DNA of 64,000 nucleotides from an uncultured Muribaculaceae bacterium (GCA_964397485.1 CAYNHT010000004.1:7825-71824); one strand, 5' to 3'; shown: positions 10,845 to 21,218, numbered from the stretch's first letter. Numbers and translations: made by a program. Notes: generated by a model not told the origin, from the letters alone.

Positions 10845-12251
10845 TTATTTTATTATCTCGAATGTCGTTCCCTCACGAGTATCGTTAATAATAATTCCTT
10901 CTTCTTTTAATTTATTACGAATAGCATCAGCTTCTTCAAATTTTTTTTCTGACTTTGCCTGATTCCTTTTTTCAATCATATCATTAATATATTTTACCAA
11001 TTCATCATCAATTTCTAATTCATTTTCTTTTAAAAGACTTAGTGACAATACACCATCAAAATCAGTAATCAAATATAATTTTGTAGCATTGTTTATATTA
11101 TCATCCTTTATAACATCATATAAAGTTGTTAACGCACTAGATGTATTTAAATCATTTTCTAAAGCTTCTTTAAATTGTTTTTGATATTTTAAAACAACTT
11201 CTTCATCAATGTCGCCATGTACATTTTCCTTAATAGTATTAACTTTATTCAATAATTTATTATACGCATTTGTTGAACCATCTAAGCCTTCATAACTGAA
11301 TACTAGTTGATTTCTATAATGTGATTGCAAACAAAATAAACGATATACTAAAGGATTATATCCTTTTTCTTCTAATAAAGATAAAGTTAAAAATTCTCCT
11401 TTAGATTTACTCATCTTACCAGTATTATCATTCAAGTGTTCACCGTGACACCAATAATTACACCACTTATGACCTAAATAACTCTCACTTTGTGCGATTT
11501 CATTAGTATGGTGAGGAAAAATATTGTCAACACCACCACAATGTATATCTAATTTATCGCCTAAATAATTAAGAGCGATTCCCGAACATTCAATGTGCCA
11601 ACCAGGATATCCTTCACCCCATGGACTATCCCACTTCATTGCTTGATTTTCAAATTTTGAAGTTGTAAACCATAAACCAAAATCATATGGGTTTCGCTTA
11701 TGTTCATCTTCTTGAACATCCTCACGAGCACCAATTATTAATTCTTCACTCTTTTTACCAGATAATTCATAATATTCATTTGTCTTAGTAATATCAAAAT
11801 AAACATTACCGTTTGAGATATATGCATAACCATCGGCTAATAATTTAGTAATAATTTCAATATACTTATCAATATGATCAGATGCTTTCTCAACTATTAG
11901 TGGCTTTCTAATATTAAGTTTTTCAGTATCTGTAAAAAATGCTTGAGTATAAAAATCCGCAATCTCCCAAACCGTTTTACGTTCACGAATTGCACCTTTA
12001 AGCATTTTATCTTCACCAGTATCACCATCGCTAGTCATATGACCAACATCAGTTATATTCATTACTCTTTTTACTTCATAACCTAAATATTCAAAAGTCT
12101 TTTCCATTATATCTTCAAAAATATAAGTTCGAAGATTCCCAATATGAGCATAATGATAAACCGTTGGACCACAAGTGTATATTGACACTTCATTGTCAAC
12201 GTTTGGAACAAATTGCTCGACTTTCTTTGTTAAAGTATTATACAGTTTCAT
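10845..12251 (-). CDS. cysS: Cysteine--tRNA ligase.
   Basis: CGPTVYHYAHIGN (HIGH motif), KMSKSKG (KMSKS motif), Cys-rich zinc site; 468 aa. Confidence 0.95.
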   Translation of the reverse strand: MKLYNTLTKKVEQFVPNVDNEVSIYTCGPTVYHYAHIGNLRTYIFEDIMEKTFEYLGYEVKRVMNITDVGHMTSDGDTGEDKMLKGAIRERKTVWEIADFYTQAFFTDTEKLNIRKPLIVEKASDHIDKYIEIITKLLADGYAYISNGNVYFDITKTNEYYELSGKKSEELIIGAREDVQEDEHKRNPYDFGLWFTTSKFENQAMKWDSPWGEGYPGWHIECSGIALNYLGDKLDIHCGGVDNIFPHHTNEIAQSESYLGHKWCNYWCHGEHLNDNTGKMSKSKGEFLTLSLLEEKGYNPLVYRLFCLQSHYRNQLVFSYEGLDGSTNAYNKLLNKVNTIKENVHGDIDEEVVLKYQKQFKEALENDLNTSSALTTLYDVIKDDNINNATKLYLITDFDGVLSLSLLKENELEIDDELVKYINDMIEKRNQAKSEKKFEEADAIRNKLKEEGIIINDTREGTTFEIIK

Positions 12252-12341
12252 AAATCACCTTTTCTTTCATTATTATAGCATATTCATTATTTAACTTCAA
12301 TAAACTAAAGTTAAAAAACATAATATCTCATAATCGTATTT

Positions 12342-13310
12342 TTAAACATTAATAACACTATAATTTAATAGCTTTATTTGATTTGAAATAAAATTAGAAT
12401 TTAAGTCTATCTCTTTTAATAAATCAGTTGATAAATATTTTTTATTATCATCAGGAAAAATAGTTACAACATTTTTATTTATTTCTTCCTGCAATATTAC
12501 AGCACCTAACATATTAGCTCCACTGGATATTCCAACACCTATTCCAAGATATTTGGATATGCATCTTGCCATATTGACTGCATCATCGTCATTTATTAGA
12601 ATTATTTTATCAATAAAATTTCGGTCAACTAGATCGGGAATGAAATCATCTCCAATTCCCTCTATTTTATGATTTTGATATTTTGTACCTTGTGATAATA
12701 TTGGAAGTTTATCTGGTTCAAGTGCCGCAATTATAATACTATTGTCAACCTCTTTTAATCTTTTACCAACACCCATTAATGTCCCACCTGTTCCAATTCC
12801 CGAAATAAAACCACCAACAGATATATCTTTTAATTGATCAATTATTTCTTTTGAAGTTTTTTCATAATGGACATTTATATTATCAATATTAGAAAACTGA
12901 TTAGGTCTAAACCCATTTAATTTTTCAGAAAGTAAATCAGCCTTATTAATACATTCTATAAATCCTCCTTCTTCTTGCGAAACAAGAAATACCTTAGCTC
13001 CATAAGATTCCATTATTTTTATTCTCTCCTGACTAGCCCAAATCGGCATATATATATACACAGGATGTTTATAATATGAGCCCAAAGCAGCAAATGATAT
13101 ACCAGTGTTGCCACTAGTAGCCTCAATAATAGGCATATTTTCTTTTAATAATCCACCTTGTTTTGATTTATCTAATATGTAATAAGCCATTCTATCTTTT
13201 ATACTTCCAGTCAGATTATAATATTCCAATTTGACATAAATACTCTTTAATTTTTCTTTATACATATAATCAATTTTTATCAAAGGGGTATTCCCAATTA
13301 AACCATTCAT
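12342..13310 (-). CDS. cysK: Cysteine synthase / O-acetylserine sulfhydrylase family PLP enzyme (CysK/CysM-like).
   Basis: GNTPL, SIKDRMA (PLP-lysine), SGNTGIS and GTGGT motifs. Adjacent to cysS. Confidence 0.8.
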   Translation of the reverse strand: MNGLIGNTPLIKIDYMYKEKLKSIYVKLEYYNLTGSIKDRMAYYILDKSKQGGLLKENMPIIEATSGNTGISFAALGSYYKHPVYIYMPIWASQERIKIMESYGAKVFLVSQEEGGFIECINKADLLSEKLNGFRPNQFSNIDNINVHYEKTSKEIIDQLKDISVGGFISGIGTGGTLMGVGKRLKEVDNSIIIAALEPDKLPILSQGTKYQNHKIEGIGDDFIPDLVDRNFIDKIILINDDDAVNMARCISKYLGIGVGISSGANMLGAVILQEEINKNVVTIFPDDNKKYLSTDLLKEIDLNSNFISNQIKLLNYSVINV

Positions 13311-13446
13311 AGCACATCTCCTTTACTAAAAATATATTTAAAATTAGGAATAATATTATCATGATGGCGATTTTTGTTATGAATTAACAAAAAAATATTG
13401 CATAAAATTAATTAATATGTTATTATATAAAAGCAATGACATAGAC

Positions 13447-13523
13447 GGACCCTTAGCTCAGCTGGTTAGAGCATCCGGCTCATAACCGGACGGTCGTAGG
13501 TTCGAGTCCTACAGGGTCCACCA
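13447..13523 (+). tRNA. tRNA with CAT anticodon, most likely tRNA-Ile2 (lysidine-CAU) rather than initiator tRNA-fMet.
   Basis: 77 nt cloverleaf GGACCCTTAGCTCAGCTGGTTAGAGC...GGCTCATAACCGG...GGTTCGAGTCCTACAGGGTCCACCA. The G1:C72 pair is fully matched, which argues against an initiator. Encoded CCA end. Confidence 0.8.
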
Positions 13524-13532
13524 TTGTAAAAA

Positions 13533-13562
13533 TAATAGATTACAGAAATGTAATCTTTTTTC
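13533..13562 (+). terminator. Rho-independent terminator after the tRNA.
   Basis: Hairpin AGATTACA-GAAA-TGTAATCT followed by TTTTTTT. Confidence 0.6.
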
Positions 13563-13590
13563 ATGTAAAAAAGAAATGTCTCATTTCTTT

Positions 13591-14544
13591 TTATTTACGA
13601 ATAGCTCCATTTTCGCATTTATTCCCCCATGCATCAATTAATTCTTTATCTCTATGTATACAAATTATTTCACAGTTATTAGCACATTTCTTACACTCTA
13701 CTCCCCTTGTTTCGAAATGCATATCAGTTAGAGCAAAATCAAAATCATTTTCTTTTTTTGAATTTTTAGCTAATATTGCAACGCCTAATGCTCCCATTAA
13801 ATGTGCATATTTATCAACATGGATTTTTTCATTAGTTGCTTCTTCAAAAGCTTTAATGACTCCAATGTTTTTACTAACGCCCCCTTGAAATACAATAGGT
13901 GGTTTTATATTTTTTCCTTTTCCTACGTTATTTAAATAATTAGTAACAACCGCTTTACATAAACCAGCAATTATATCTTCTTTTTTATGCCCAATTTGAG
14001 CCTTATGAACTAAATCACTTTCAGCGAAAACGGTACACCTTGCAGCTATTTTGGTGGGATTTTTTGATTTTAATGCCCAATGTCCAAAATCTTCTACCTG
14101 TAATCCCAAACGTTTTGCTTGAGATGATAAAAATGAACCTGTACCAGCTGCACATAATGTATTCATCGCATAATCTACTACTATTCCATCATCAATTAAA
14201 ATTATTTTAGAATCTTGACCACCTATTTCAAAAATAGTTTTAACATCAGGATAAACAGATATCGTTCCAATGGCGTGAGCCGTAATTTCATTTTTAACAA
14301 TACAGGCATTTAGCATAGTTCCAACTAATTTTCTAGCAGAACCCGTTGTGCCAACTGCTTTTACTATTATATTAGTATTTTTTACTTGTTGTTTTAAATC
14401 ATTGATTAAATTTTTTACTGCATTAATAGGACTTCCTTCGGTCCATATATATTTTTCAGCAATAATCTTATTATTTTCATCAATTATTACACCTTTAGTA
14501 GATATTGAACCTATATCTACACCTAAATAAGCCTTTTTCATCAT
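13591..14544 (-). CDS. BadF/BadG/BcrA/BcrD-type ATPase (CoA-substrate-specific enzyme activase, HgdC-like) with an extra C-terminal Cys cluster.
   Basis: N-terminal GVDIGSISTKGV actin-like ATPase motif, GTTGSAR, and C-terminal CKKCANNCEIICIH. Overlaps the upstream gene by 4 nt (ATGA). Confidence 0.7.
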   Translation of the reverse strand: MMKKAYLGVDIGSISTKGVIIDENNKIIAEKYIWTEGSPINAVKNLINDLKQQVKNTNIIVKAVGTTGSARKLVGTMLNACIVKNEITAHAIGTISVYPDVKTIFEIGGQDSKIILIDDGIVVDYAMNTLCAAGTGSFLSSQAKRLGLQVEDFGHWALKSKNPTKIAARCTVFAESDLVHKAQIGHKKEDIIAGLCKAVVTNYLNNVGKGKNIKPPIVFQGGVSKNIGVIKAFEEATNEKIHVDKYAHLMGALGVAILAKNSKKENDFDFALTDMHFETRGVECKKCANNCEIICIHRDKELIDAWGNKCENGAIRK

Positions 14545-15617
14545 CTTTTTTCCTTTCTCATGCTAAGCATATCATGGAATGCTTCTAATCTTGTTTTAAT
14601 ACCTGTCTCACTTGTTTGTGAATCAAAACTAAAATATAATACAGGTATTTTATAGTCATTACTTATTTTTTGTAGTGCCGGCATAGCATTTATTTCAGGT
14701 ATGCAACCGAAGGGTTTTACATGAACAACACCATCATAACCTTGTTCAGCCAATAACTTTGTTCTTACTACACTATCAGTTCCATCAGCACCAATTTCAT
14801 ATTTCAAATATTTACCTGCATTTTTCATCAAATATTTTTTTATTTTACTATGATTAAATAATAGATATGTAACCGTTATAAACCGACTTACTACCATTCC
14901 TTTTTTTGCTAATTCTTTTTCAATATAGTAATTACTAAAAGGCTCCATCACTACATATAATTCTCCTACTACTCCTACTTTTAATGGATTCTCTGGTTTT
15001 TCAACTTCAATATTACGAAACATTTTATTATATTTTTTTGATATTTTAAAAAGATGTATAAAGCCTTTTACTTTTTTTAGTTCATTCAAAAACTCTTTCT
15101 TCAATTTTTCAAAACTACCTTCTTCAACTTCAAAACCAATATTTGATCTTATATATTCATCTATTTTATCCATAAGTACTATCATTCGTGCGGATAACAA
15201 AAAATAATAAGTAAATTTTATAAATGAAAGCCTATTATTTAACCTTTTAAAAGTTTTATAAAGTGAATGAGGTGTAATATCATCAGCATTAAGTAAACTA
15301 ATAAACTCAAATTCATATCCTAAATCTCTTAAAATTTGTTCTTGAATTTCTCCATAGTATCCAAATCTACAACCCCCACCCGCTTGAACCAACACATTTG
15401 CTTTCTTTTCTAACGCTTCGATATAGTTACCTAAATTATATTTAAAAGGTACACAGACAAAATCAGGACTATATTTAGAACCTAATTCTAATGTCTTTTT
15501 AGTTATTGGCGGTGGTTTTAAAATCTTCAAATCAGTCGTATGTTTTAACAGATATTCAATTACGACATGATAATCTCCCATGTGTGGGAAGCTAATTATT
15601 TTTTCTTTATTTCCCAA
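14541..15617 (-). CDS. Activase-associated, dehydratase-related protein (DUF2229 / 2-hydroxyglutaryl-CoA dehydratase D-component-like).
   Basis: 358 aa; FPHMGDY...SPDFVCVPFKY...VQAGGGCRFGYY motifs characteristic of this family; in operon with the activase ATPase. Confidence 0.6.
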   Translation of the reverse strand: MGNKEKIISFPHMGDYHVVIEYLLKHTTDLKILKPPPITKKTLELGSKYSPDFVCVPFKYNLGNYIEALEKKANVLVQAGGGCRFGYYGEIQEQILRDLGYEFEFISLLNADDITPHSLYKTFKRLNNRLSFIKFTYYFLLSARMIVLMDKIDEYIRSNIGFEVEEGSFEKLKKEFLNELKKVKGFIHLFKISKKYNKMFRNIEVEKPENPLKVGVVGELYVVMEPFSNYYIEKELAKKGMVVSRFITVTYLLFNHSKIKKYLMKNAGKYLKYEIGADGTDSVVRTKLLAEQGYDGVVHVKPFGCIPEINAMPALQKISNDYKIPVLYFSFDSQTSETGIKTRLEAFHDMLSMRKEKR

Positions 15618-16547
15618 TTATCTTTCCACCACCTTTTTCTTTTCTGTTATAATATCAATAAAACTTTCTATTCTAGTTTGCAATCCAGCTTCCGCTTGTA
15701 ATTCATCAAGTATTATATTTGCAATCGGAATTTTTTTTATCTTTCGCTGACATAATTCAGTAACAAGCGAATCAGGCCCACATGGGAAAGTTGTAATAAA
15801 AATAATACCATCTATTCTTTCTTGGTAATATTCAATAGCTCCTATTAATTCCTTATTATAAGTCCAATATAATCCTTTTGATATATTTATAGACCTTTTT
15901 ATTGTCTCATGTCTGTCAGCTATATCAGCAAATACAGGAAGAACTCCTAATTGTTCTAAATGCTTTATTATTGGATAACCAAGCAATTTATCATATGTAT
16001 TATATGGATGAGATACAATCAATATTTTAAGTTTGTCAGTACAATTTAAAATATCTTCTTGCCTTGTTGACATACGAATTTCCTCTTCTATTTCCTTTTT
16101 TTTAGCACAATCATAAGCTTCTAATGTTGTTTCTAGATCCTTATTTAATATTTTGCCCATGTTTATAAATGCATCTAATTCACTTTGATTTTTATTAACA
16201 TCAACATTATAGTCTAGGATTTTAACGTTTGAAAATGTGTTATTAACAATATCATATAAAGCATTAAATTTTGTACAAACAACTTCGTTTTTTCCAAAAC
16301 TGACAATCCTTGGGATTAAAATATAATCAACTTTATTAATTAAATAATGAACATGTCCCATATAAATTTTTGAAGATAAACAACTTTCATCAATTGAAAA
16401 ATTTATACCGTTTTTTAATATTTCTCTATTTGTTTCTGGGCTTAATATAATTTCACAACCAATTTGTTCGAAAAAAGTTTTCCATAGATATTGATACTTA
16501 TAATATAAAAAAGCTCTTGGCAAGCCTATCTTTATTTTGTTTTGCAT
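15618..16547 (-). CDS. 2-hydroxyacyl-CoA dehydratase-like (HgdB/BcrC/BadD family) protein.
   Basis: 309 aa; the IGLPRAFLYY...DESCLSSKIYMGHV...ILIPRI pattern is shared with the paralog at 36833..37747; first gene of a three-gene operon. Confidence 0.55.
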   Translation of the reverse strand: MQNKIKIGLPRAFLYYKYQYLWKTFFEQIGCEIILSPETNREILKNGINFSIDESCLSSKIYMGHVHYLINKVDYILIPRIVSFGKNEVVCTKFNALYDIVNNTFSNVKILDYNVDVNKNQSELDAFINMGKILNKDLETTLEAYDCAKKKEIEEEIRMSTRQEDILNCTDKLKILIVSHPYNTYDKLLGYPIIKHLEQLGVLPVFADIADRHETIKRSINISKGLYWTYNKELIGAIEYYQERIDGIIFITTFPCGPDSLVTELCQRKIKKIPIANIILDELQAEAGLQTRIESFIDIITEKKKVVER

Positions 16548-16674
16548 AATATTTTCCTTTCGTGTAATATTAAAATTAACTCATAATCTCAATTCCCATT
16601 TTATGCTTCTTATAATTCATTTATTACGAATCATCACTATAAAAAATATTTTTTTATTTTTGATAAATTATCTA

Positions 16675-16702
16675 TTGTCAATAAACATATAATAGTGTAT
16701 AA
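16675..16702 (+). promoter_or_regulatory. Sigma-A-like promoter for tRNA-Leu (TTGTCA-16-TATAAT).
   Basis: TTGTCA at 16675-16680, TATAAT at 16697-16702; tRNA starts ~30 nt downstream. Confidence 0.5.
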
Positions 16703-16732
16703 TTAATGTTGCAGTGGATATTTCTACTATTT

Positions 16733-16817
16733 GCGGGTGTGGCGAAATTGGCAGACGCACTAGACTTAGGATCTAGCGCCTTACGGCATGGGGGTTCAAG
16801 TCCCTTCACCCGCACCA
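16733..16817 (+). tRNA. tRNA-Leu (anticodon TAG), type II tRNA with a long variable arm.
   Basis: 85 nt; GCGGGTG acceptor stem, anticodon loop CTTAGGA, long variable arm, GGTTCAAGTCC T-loop, encoded CCA. Confidence 0.85.
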
Positions 16818-16890
16818 AATAATTGATAATTAACCATTTATTCAAAATATAGATGGTTTTTTTGTGCTATAATTAGGTTATAAAAAATGT

Positions 16891-17442
16891 TTGGAGATGG
16901 TTTTAGTGGAAAATAGTACTGTTAACATTATTGCTAATAAAATTATGACTTTAATGAATGATATTCAATATGGTTATCTTGATAAGGATAATATTAAGCA
17001 TTTATACATTGATGATTTTTTTTCTTCAATGTATAAATTGCAATCACCGTTTGAAATATTGGAAAATAAAATTGGAGTTTGTTGGGACCAAGTAGAACTG
17101 CAAAGATATTATTTCGAAAAGGAAAATATTCTATGTAAAACATATTTTATTGTCTACTATGATAATGATAAATGCCCTACCCATACTTTCTTAGTTTACA
17201 AAAATAATGATTTTTACTATTGGTTTGAACATTCTTGGGAAAAATACCGAGGTATTCATAAATATAGTTCATTAGATGAACTATTAACTAATGTGAGAAA
17301 AAGATTTATTAAAGAAGAATTACCCTCAAATTTCAATAATAAAAATTTATGTTTATATGATTATAAGAAACCAAATTATGGCATATCTTGTATGGAATTT
17401 TATAAGCATTGTGAAATGAGCACTAATATTAATGTGGAATAA
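16891..17442 (+). CDS. Hypothetical protein with a possible Cys/His (transglutaminase- or papain-like) catalytic arrangement. Start codon uncertain: the ORF track uses TTG at 16891; ATG at 16897 or GTG at 16906 are alternatives.
   Basis: 183 aa; GVCWDQ ... THTFLVY ... HSWE spacing is reminiscent of Cys-His-Asp folds. Terminator hairpin downstream. Weak inference only. Confidence 0.4.
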   Translation: MEMVLVENSTVNIIANKIMTLMNDIQYGYLDKDNIKHLYIDDFFSSMYKLQSPFEILENKIGVCWDQVELQRYYFEKENILCKTYFIVYYDNDKCPTHTFLVYKNNDFYYWFEHSWEKYRGIHKYSSLDELLTNVRKRFIKEELPSNFNNKNLCLYDYKKPNYGISCMEFYKHCEMSTNINVE

Positions 17443-17477
17443 TAAAAGAGCTTGTTATTTTTCTATACCAATTTAAA

Positions 17478-17500
17478 AAGATTAGTTAAACTAATCTTTC
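17478..17500. terminator. Bidirectional terminator hairpin between convergent genes.
   Basis: AAGATTAGT-TAA-ACTAATCTT, 9-bp stem with T-runs on both sides. Confidence 0.5.
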
Positions 17501-17502
17501 TT

Positions 17503-18195
17503 TTATCTTCTTTTTGTCTTTATTTTAGCTTTCATTTGACCAATAGTTTCAGCCTTTGTTTCCTCTTGTAAAATGGATAATACTTCATAAAGATAATTGT
17601 TTCTATTTTTTGTCTTTTTTGAGACTTGTTCAATAAATTTTGAACGATTGTGAATTAAAAAAGCTATCATTTCTGCATACCAATCTTGTGATATTAAACC
17701 ACAAATAATACTTTCATTTATTCTACCTATATTATGTTTATATATTGTTTCAGGATCCAATTTTTCACTATATATATATCCATACGTGTCAACAAAAACA
17801 TACTGTTCATTAATGTTGTCCCATATAATATTATCAATGTTTAAATCAACTGGAACTAATTTATGATTACTTAATAATTTAACATTATTACAAACAGTAT
17901 TTGAAGCCTCTATAATTGAAGTAACTTTTTTGTCATCGCAATAGTGAATATTTTTGCCATTTACAAAGTCCATTGTGTATCCGATTGGTTTTTCATCTGT
18001 ATATACTACATCATTTGGAAAAACAAAATTAGATAAATTTAATGATTGGAAGAAACTAATTTTTGACTGATTATATTTAAATTGCTTAAAATATATTTTA
18101 TATACTACATCTTCAATTAAATATAATCTTGCTTCTTTTCCTTGATTAAATTGGGTATAATTATTAAAAAAATCGTTATTTATAAAAATGCTCAT
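17503..18195 (-). CDS. Small atypical protein-kinase-like (PKL) fold protein, paralog 1.
   Basis: 230 aa. Gly-rich/Lys region GKEARLYLIEDVVYKIYF, catalytic-loop-like VPVDLNIDNIIWD (DxxxxN), DFG-like VDTYGY. A paralog sits at 27632..28390. Confidence 0.5.
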   Translation of the reverse strand: MSIFINNDFFNNYTQFNQGKEARLYLIEDVVYKIYFKQFKYNQSKISFFQSLNLSNFVFPNDVVYTDEKPIGYTMDFVNGKNIHYCDDKKVTSIIEASNTVCNNVKLLSNHKLVPVDLNIDNIIWDNINEQYVFVDTYGYIYSEKLDPETIYKHNIGRINESIICGLISQDWYAEMIAFLIHNRSKFIEQVSKKTKNRNNYLYEVLSILQEETKAETIGQMKAKIKTKRR

Positions 18196-18312
18196 ATTAT
18201 CACCAGAAAACTATTCTAACACATTTTACTGTAAATTAAAATAAATAGTCCTTCTTTTTTATAATATTTCTTTTTTTGCTATTTTAGTTTATAATATTAT
18301 TATTTAAAGGAT

Positions 18313-19242
18313 GTGATTATTATAAAGCTTATACAAAACGGTAAAATTATCATAGAAGATAATTTTGGGAAATTATTTAAGATTGAACCAAACGAAAAAT
18401 TTAACTTCGGATATATCTTGTTCATTCCAAAAAATATAAATAAAGAACCAACTTTAATAGTTGAAGGTCTTAATACAGGAACTTGTAGTGAATATGAAAA
18501 AGCAGTTATTGAAATATATGAAACGGCCGTTAAAGATTTGAAACCTGGAAGATTTCCGTTTTTTTTATCACAAGATTTAGGGTATCCAATTATGATACCA
18601 TTGTTTCCAAGAACATATGTAGATAATAAAGCTATATATACTCATGCTTTATCTAGTGATACTTTAAAAATTACTGATCACATATTACAAGGAATTGATT
18701 TACAATTAATAGAAATGATTGAAAGTGCTAAGCAATTTTTACTAAAGATAGATATAAAGGTTAAAGAAAAGATAATAATTGATGGGTTTTCAGCATCCGG
18801 AAAGTTTGCAAATAGGTTTACATTGCTGCATCCACACATCGTAAAAATTTGCATTGCTGGTGGAGTTGGTGGTGCTCCTACTTTACCAATAAGGGAATAT
18901 GATAATAAGGAAATTATATATCCAATTGGAATGTATGATATTCTAGATTTTGATTTTCATGAATTTAGTAAAGTTGCAGTATTTTATTATATGGGCCAGT
19001 TAGATGAAAACGACAGTTCTTTATATGAAACGGCTTATAAACCTAATGAAAAAAATCTTTTAGATAATATATTGGGTGAAAATATGATGCCAGACAAGTG
19101 GGAAAAAAGCAAACTAATCCATAAGGAACTAAATCTTAAAAATATAAGATTTAAAACTTATACAAATTATGGTCACACTAGAAGACCAGTGTTAGGTGAC
19201 GTAATTAAATTCATTAAAGAATCAGAGAACATAATTAAATAA
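18313..19242 (+). CDS. Alpha/beta-hydrolase-like protein (putative esterase); GTG start per the ORF track.
   Basis: 309 aa; nucleophile-elbow GxSxG motif IIDGFSASGKF; hairpin terminator AAACTA-TATACG-TAGTTT plus T-run at 19243-19268. Confidence 0.4.
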   Translation: MIIIKLIQNGKIIIEDNFGKLFKIEPNEKFNFGYILFIPKNINKEPTLIVEGLNTGTCSEYEKAVIEIYETAVKDLKPGRFPFFLSQDLGYPIMIPLFPRTYVDNKAIYTHALSSDTLKITDHILQGIDLQLIEMIESAKQFLLKIDIKVKEKIIIDGFSASGKFANRFTLLHPHIVKICIAGGVGGAPTLPIREYDNKEIIYPIGMYDILDFDFHEFSKVAVFYYMGQLDENDSSLYETAYKPNEKNLLDNILGENMMPDKWEKSKLIHKELNLKNIRFKTYTNYGHTRRPVLGDVIKFIKESENIIK

Positions 19243-19316
19243 ACTATATACGTAGTTTATTTTTATAAAAATTTCCATAAATTTAATATATTTGTTATAA
19301 TATATTTGGTGGTAAT

Positions 19317-21218
19317 ATGGGGAAACTAAATAAATATTTTTTATTGATATTAACCTTATTTTCTATATCTTTATATAAAGACGTAGAAGCGATGAATTTT
19401 AAGGCAGCAATTGATATAACTACTTTAAATGTATATGAAATACAAGATGCAATTGATAAAGGTTATTTAACTTATGAACTATTAACTAGATTATATTTAG
19501 ATAGAATAAATGAATATGATAAAAAATATAATGCTCTTATATCAATAAATGAAAAGGCTATTGAACAAGCAAAACAACTTGATCAAGAATACAAAAAAAA
19601 TGGCAGAAGAAGTTTACTTCACGGTATTCCTGTTATTGTAAAGGACAATATCGATTATAAAGATTTACCTACGACTGCCGGCACTATAGCATTAAAAGAT
19701 TCATATCCTTTTAACAATGCGGCAATTGTAGATAATTTAATAAATGCTGGTTGCATTATTCTTGGAAAGTCTAATATGAGTGAATTTGCTTTTTCGGCAT
19801 ATAGCTCATATAGTAGTTATGGGAATGTCAGAAATGCTTACAACTTAGCATACACGCCTTATGGTTCTTCTGGTGGGAGTGCTGTTAGTGTTGCTGCTAG
19901 CTTTGCAACCTTAGCAATCGGAACAGATACTAATTCATCAGTTAGACTTCCATCAGGTGCTAATAATATAGTTGGACTTAGACCAACCTATGGATTACTT
20001 AATAATGACGGTATAATTACTTACGATGCCGAAAGAGACACAGCAGGTCCAATGACAAAAACGGTTAGTGATAATGCTATTCTTTTATCTATCTTAGCTG
20101 ATAATGGAATTGATTACACTACATACCTAAAAGAAGATGGATTAAAAAACAAAAAAATCGGAATACTCACACAATTTATTAATGAGAACATTAATTCATC
20201 ACTACCTGTTTTCTATTCATATTACAACGAAATTGATAACATGATGAAAGATGCTATAGCAATAATGGAACAAAAAGGAGCGACTATAGTATATATAGAT
20301 GACTTCTACTCAAATTATTATCAGTCAATTAATAATAATACTAGTTTAATCCTATTATTGTGTTATGATTTTAATCAATATATAAAAAATACTTCTAGTA
20401 GCACTAAAAGTTTTGAACAACTATTAAAAAATGGCGGATTTATTCAGCCTTTAAATCAATACGATGTTAATTGCAATAATGATTTAAGAAAATCAAAATT
20501 AACTAGTGTTAATAAAGAAAAAAATATATATAGATCATATGTAGAAAATACAATGAAAAAACATGATGTTGATATTTTAGTATATCCGCAAACTAAAAAC
20601 AAATTAATAAAATTGAGCGACATATACAAAACTACACTCGCTAATAACACTCGAACTATTGCACCTACGACTGGCTTCCCTGCCATTTCTATACCGCTTG
20701 GTTTTGATAGTGATGATTTACCATACGGAATAGAATTTCTAGCCCTTGCCAATCAGGAGAACATTTTATATGAAATATCTTACTCATTTGAACAAGCTAC
20801 GAATTATAGAAAAAATCCTTCCATCTCACCTAGTTTATATACATACCAAGAATCAGTAGTTAAACTAAAAGATTACTATGAAAAAAATATAATAAATAGA
20901 TTCGATTATGAACAAGAAGCATATAATGATTATGTTGTTATTTTTCAAAAAGTGAAACACTTATTATTAAATTATAATAGCTATGACGATGATATAATAA
21001 ATGATTATTCAAATGAATTATTAAAAGATTATGAAGAACAACTTGATATTTTAGCAAATAATAAAATACAACCTACTGATAATGGTCAAGATGAAAATAA
21101 TAATACATTATTAATAATTATATCTTCAATATGTACATTATTAGTAATAATATCCGGTTATTATATGTTTATAAAAAGAAAAAATAATATTAAGTTAGTG
21201 TTATATAATTTTATATAA
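19317..21218 (+). CDS. Amidase-signature family enzyme, secreted and C-terminally membrane-anchored.
   Basis: Signal peptide (LLILTLFSISLYKDVEA); amidase signature GSSGGSAVSVAASFATLAIGTDTNSSVRLPS; C-terminal TM segment LLIIISSICTLLVIISGYYMFIKRKN. Confidence 0.8.
   Translation: MGKLNKYFLLILTLFSISLYKDVEAMNFKAAIDITTLNVYEIQDAIDKGYLTYELLTRLYLDRINEYDKKYNALISINEKAIEQAKQLDQEYKKNGRRSLLHGIPVIVKDNIDYKDLPTTAGTIALKDSYPFNNAAIVDNLINAGCIILGKSNMSEFAFSAYSSYSSYGNVRNAYNLAYTPYGSSGGSAVSVAASFATLAIGTDTNSSVRLPSGANNIVGLRPTYGLLNNDGIITYDAERDTAGPMTKTVSDNAILLSILADNGIDYTTYLKEDGLKNKKIGILTQFINENINSSLPVFYSYYNEIDNMMKDAIAIMEQKGATIVYIDDFYSNYYQSINNNTSLILLLCYDFNQYIKNTSSSTKSFEQLLKNGGFIQPLNQYDVNCNNDLRKSKLTSVNKEKNIYRSYVENTMKKHDVDILVYPQTKNKLIKLSDIYKTTLANNTRTIAPTTGFPAISIPLGFDSDDLPYGIEFLALANQENILYEISYSFEQATNYRKNPSISPSLYTYQESVVKLKDYYEKNIINRFDYEQEAYNDYVVIFQKVKHLLLNYNSYDDDIINDYSNELLKDYEEQLDILANNKIQPTDNGQDENNNTLLIIISSICTLLVIISGYYMFIKRKNNIKLVLYNFI

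Noticed and set aside
12252-12341. T-box riboswitch upstream of cysS.
   Set aside because: The gap is only ~90 nt. That is too short for a T-box leader (~250 nt), and no specifier or T-box motif is evident.
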